Both the position numbers and the translations under genes were made by a program. 64,000 nucleotides of DNA from Vicugna vicugna (lineage: Eukaryota): positions 62,001 to 126,000 of the forward strand of contig MU057719.1 in the NCBI GenBank assembly GCA_013265495.1, read 5' to 3'. Below are positions 61,791 through 64,000 of this stretch, in pieces. The first letter of the stretch is position 1. Each line of letters starts with the position of its first letter. Under the pieces are notes generated by a model. The model did no database searches and was not told the DNA's origin. It was given only the letters and a program-made list of their open reading frames with translations.

Positions 61791-62934
61791 TCCAGACAAC
61801 TGGTCCGCCCTTCCCACCACGCATGACTCCCCAGTCCCAGGAGAAGAGCCAGCAGGGAGCGGGCAGCAGATTAGAGTCCACTGCTCCACTGATACGGAAA
61901 TCGTTGTCCATAATTATCCCCAGTTCAGCCATGACCACCTCGTGCATTACAACTGACGTCCCTTATGGAAAGCCAGAGTCAAAAACAGTGAGAGGTGGAG
62001 GCGTGGGAACAGACAGCCTCAAGGCTGGGCCTGGATGCGGCCCTCCACTCCGCAGGGGTCTTGGCGATCCCTGCCCACGGTCCTCAGTATCCCCAGATGA
62101 GGAAGGCCTGGGTCAGAGTTCTCAGAGGGCTTTTCAGCTGGGCCTTCTTCCCCTCCACCGTGTCCCAGGCCTCTTTGGGCATCTCCACCGGTGGCAGGAC
62201 CCAAGGGGAGCAGAGCCCAGCCGGTCACGTTGAGGCCACGGAGGGACAGGGAGGAGGCTGGGTAAAGGGGGAGGGAGGGCTGGACAGCACCCACGGGCAG
62301 GATGCCAGCAGGCCCAAGGCTCGCAGCTCGGGGGAAGGGCCCGGGGAGGAGGCCTGGGCCTGGGCAGGCAGGCAGACAGAGGCGCCCCAGCCCAGCCCCC
62401 ACGACGTCCCAGAAAGCCCAGCCCGGCCAGCGGGGGACCGAGCAGCCCTGGCCCCAGCTTCAGGGCCGAGTCCCCTCTCCCACGGCCACAGCTGGGCAGC
62501 AGCTGTTTGCTTCTGAAACCTTCCCCGCTCCCCCGCAACATCCTTCGCTTCCAGTGCTTTTTGCTCCAGTTGGAATTCCGCTCCAAATGGTAAACATTTT
62601 ATCTCCATCTGTGAGGCTCCCATGTGGATGACTTTAACACAACATGGAAAATAAATACCTTTTGCTCCTCCGCTGAGGACGGGAGTCAAGAGTTGAGAAG
62701 ATGAGTCGGCTGTGCAGCCAGAGGGCAAGCTTCTGGCAAAACACTCCGCCTTCCTCTGGACCACAACCAATGAAGGGAGCCTGCCCCCACCTCAAGGGCC
62801 CCCTCTGGGGCTGGGAGATGATGGCATCATCAGAGTCAGGACACAGGGGTCCACTCAGGAGTTTTGTTTCTATCCCGTCTGGCCCAGAGCCCCCCACGGA
62901 GGGGGGCACAGCGCTTGCCACTGAAGACTTGGGA

Positions 62935-63075
62935 AGCCGCTTCCTCGCTGAGCAACCTTGGGAAAGTCACTTCCCCTCTCTGATCCTTGTTTTCCCCGTC
63001 TGCAAAGTGGAAGTAAGGGTTGAACCCACTCCACAGTTTGCTGCAAGCACTGAATAAGGTGAAGCTTACATAACG
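62935..63075 (+). mobile_element. MIR SINE
   Basis: 'gagcaaccttgggaaagtcacttcccctctctgatccttgttttccccgtctgcaaagtgg'. Confidence 0.7.
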
Positions 63076-64000
63076 CTTAGCCCACTGCTCCCGCTGTTGC
63101 TGTAGGAGCAGCTAGAATTATGGAATCTTAGAGACGCAGCCCATCTCCTCGGTTGACAAAAACACGCTTGGTTTGCTCATTGAAGCGACGGCCGCTATGT
63201 GCGCCAGGGACTGCGGACACCGCAGGGGTGCGTGCCGAGCCCCAGTGCAAACCCGCGCGTGTACCAGCACTCCGCAGCCCAGAGCCGCTGGAAGGTCAGC
63301 CCCTCAGGTGTCATCTCCTCGTGAGAGGAAGTCAGGTCCCCGCCCGGCTGCAGCTGCCCTGAGCGTGCAGTCCCGAGGGTCCGCCCCGACAGTGCCTGCC
63401 CAGAGTCCCTTTACGGGACGAGGGACAGGGCCTCTGCAGCTCACCCTGGGCCCACCGGCCGCTGAGCAGAGCTGACACCTGTGAACAGCTGCTCATAATG
63501 CGGTTTTCATTAATTTCCTGGAAGATGGAACTTTCGTTTCCACGTGATCCATTTTGGGAGACCTGGGAAGGAGGACCCAGTGCAGAGCTGACCTCCGTGG
63601 TCCCAGCACCCTTGTTTTTATTTATTCCCACACTATTTGTTTAATCGTCTCCAGCCTGTGTCCAGTGCTCTGGCTCCGAGCATTTCCTGGGGGTGAGGAC
63701 CGGACTTGCAGCCGCTCAGAGCTGGCGGGCGTTGTGACCCCACGAAGGACCGCGAGGCCCCTCCAATGGGTGGACATCACATCACTTCTCTAGAATGTGC
63801 TTCGAGCCGTCCCAGAACACCCGTTCCAGGGAGGGGACCGCTGCAGTCCAGGAGGCCCAGGAGCAAGACTCAAAATGCGCAGCAGGATCACCGCGTTTGG
63901 ATGGACACTGTCCGTCTGGTTCCAAGTGTTCCGAGCTCCTTATTTTCTTCAGGCTTCCATGAAACCTCTAATAAATGATAGGACACGGGGTCATTTTCAG

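Noticed and set aside
62225-62770. Minus-strand ORF with 'LPFGAEFQLEQKALEAKDVAGE'
   Set aside because: No convincing splice boundaries or family match; not enough to call a CDS.
1-64000. CRISPR arrays, rRNA, operons or other prokaryotic/viral systems
   Set aside because: The sequence is mammalian (MIR, L1, MLT, MER repeats). There is no regularly spaced repeat-spacer array, no rRNA-like segment and no ERV internal gag/pol/env sequence.

Overview
Mammalian, non-coding-dominated genomic DNA. It is very GC-rich and subtelomere-like, with an AT-rich, L1-dense block at about 16.7-25.7 kb and smaller L1 blocks at about 38.7-46.3 kb and 58.9-59.9 kb. Two tRNA-Ala(AGC)-derived SINEs and an artiodactyl-type L1 3' end suggest a camelid (alpaca/camel), inferred from repeat families recalled from memory. 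I could not recognise any protein-coding gene; the many Pro/Gly/Arg/Ala-rich ORFs in the track look like by-products of high GC. Supported features are ancient repeats (MLT1/MLT2 LTRs, MIR, MER3/MER5/MER20, L1M), lineage-specific repeats (SINEs, L1 3' ends, an intact 508-bp solo ERV LTR with a 4-bp target-site duplication) and simple/minisatellite repeats. The most notable signals are: old L1 sequence locally rewritten A/T to G/C (gBGC-like tracts); a CpG-rich TATA promoter candidate with a GTAAGT donor at 33.7-34.1 kb, with downstream tiny-exon candidates of 6 nt and 30 nt; the octamer/CCAAT-rich solo LTR; and a twin-primed L1 insertion. Repeat boundaries and subfamily names are by eye and approximate. 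I see no convincing evidence of a novel multi-gene system.
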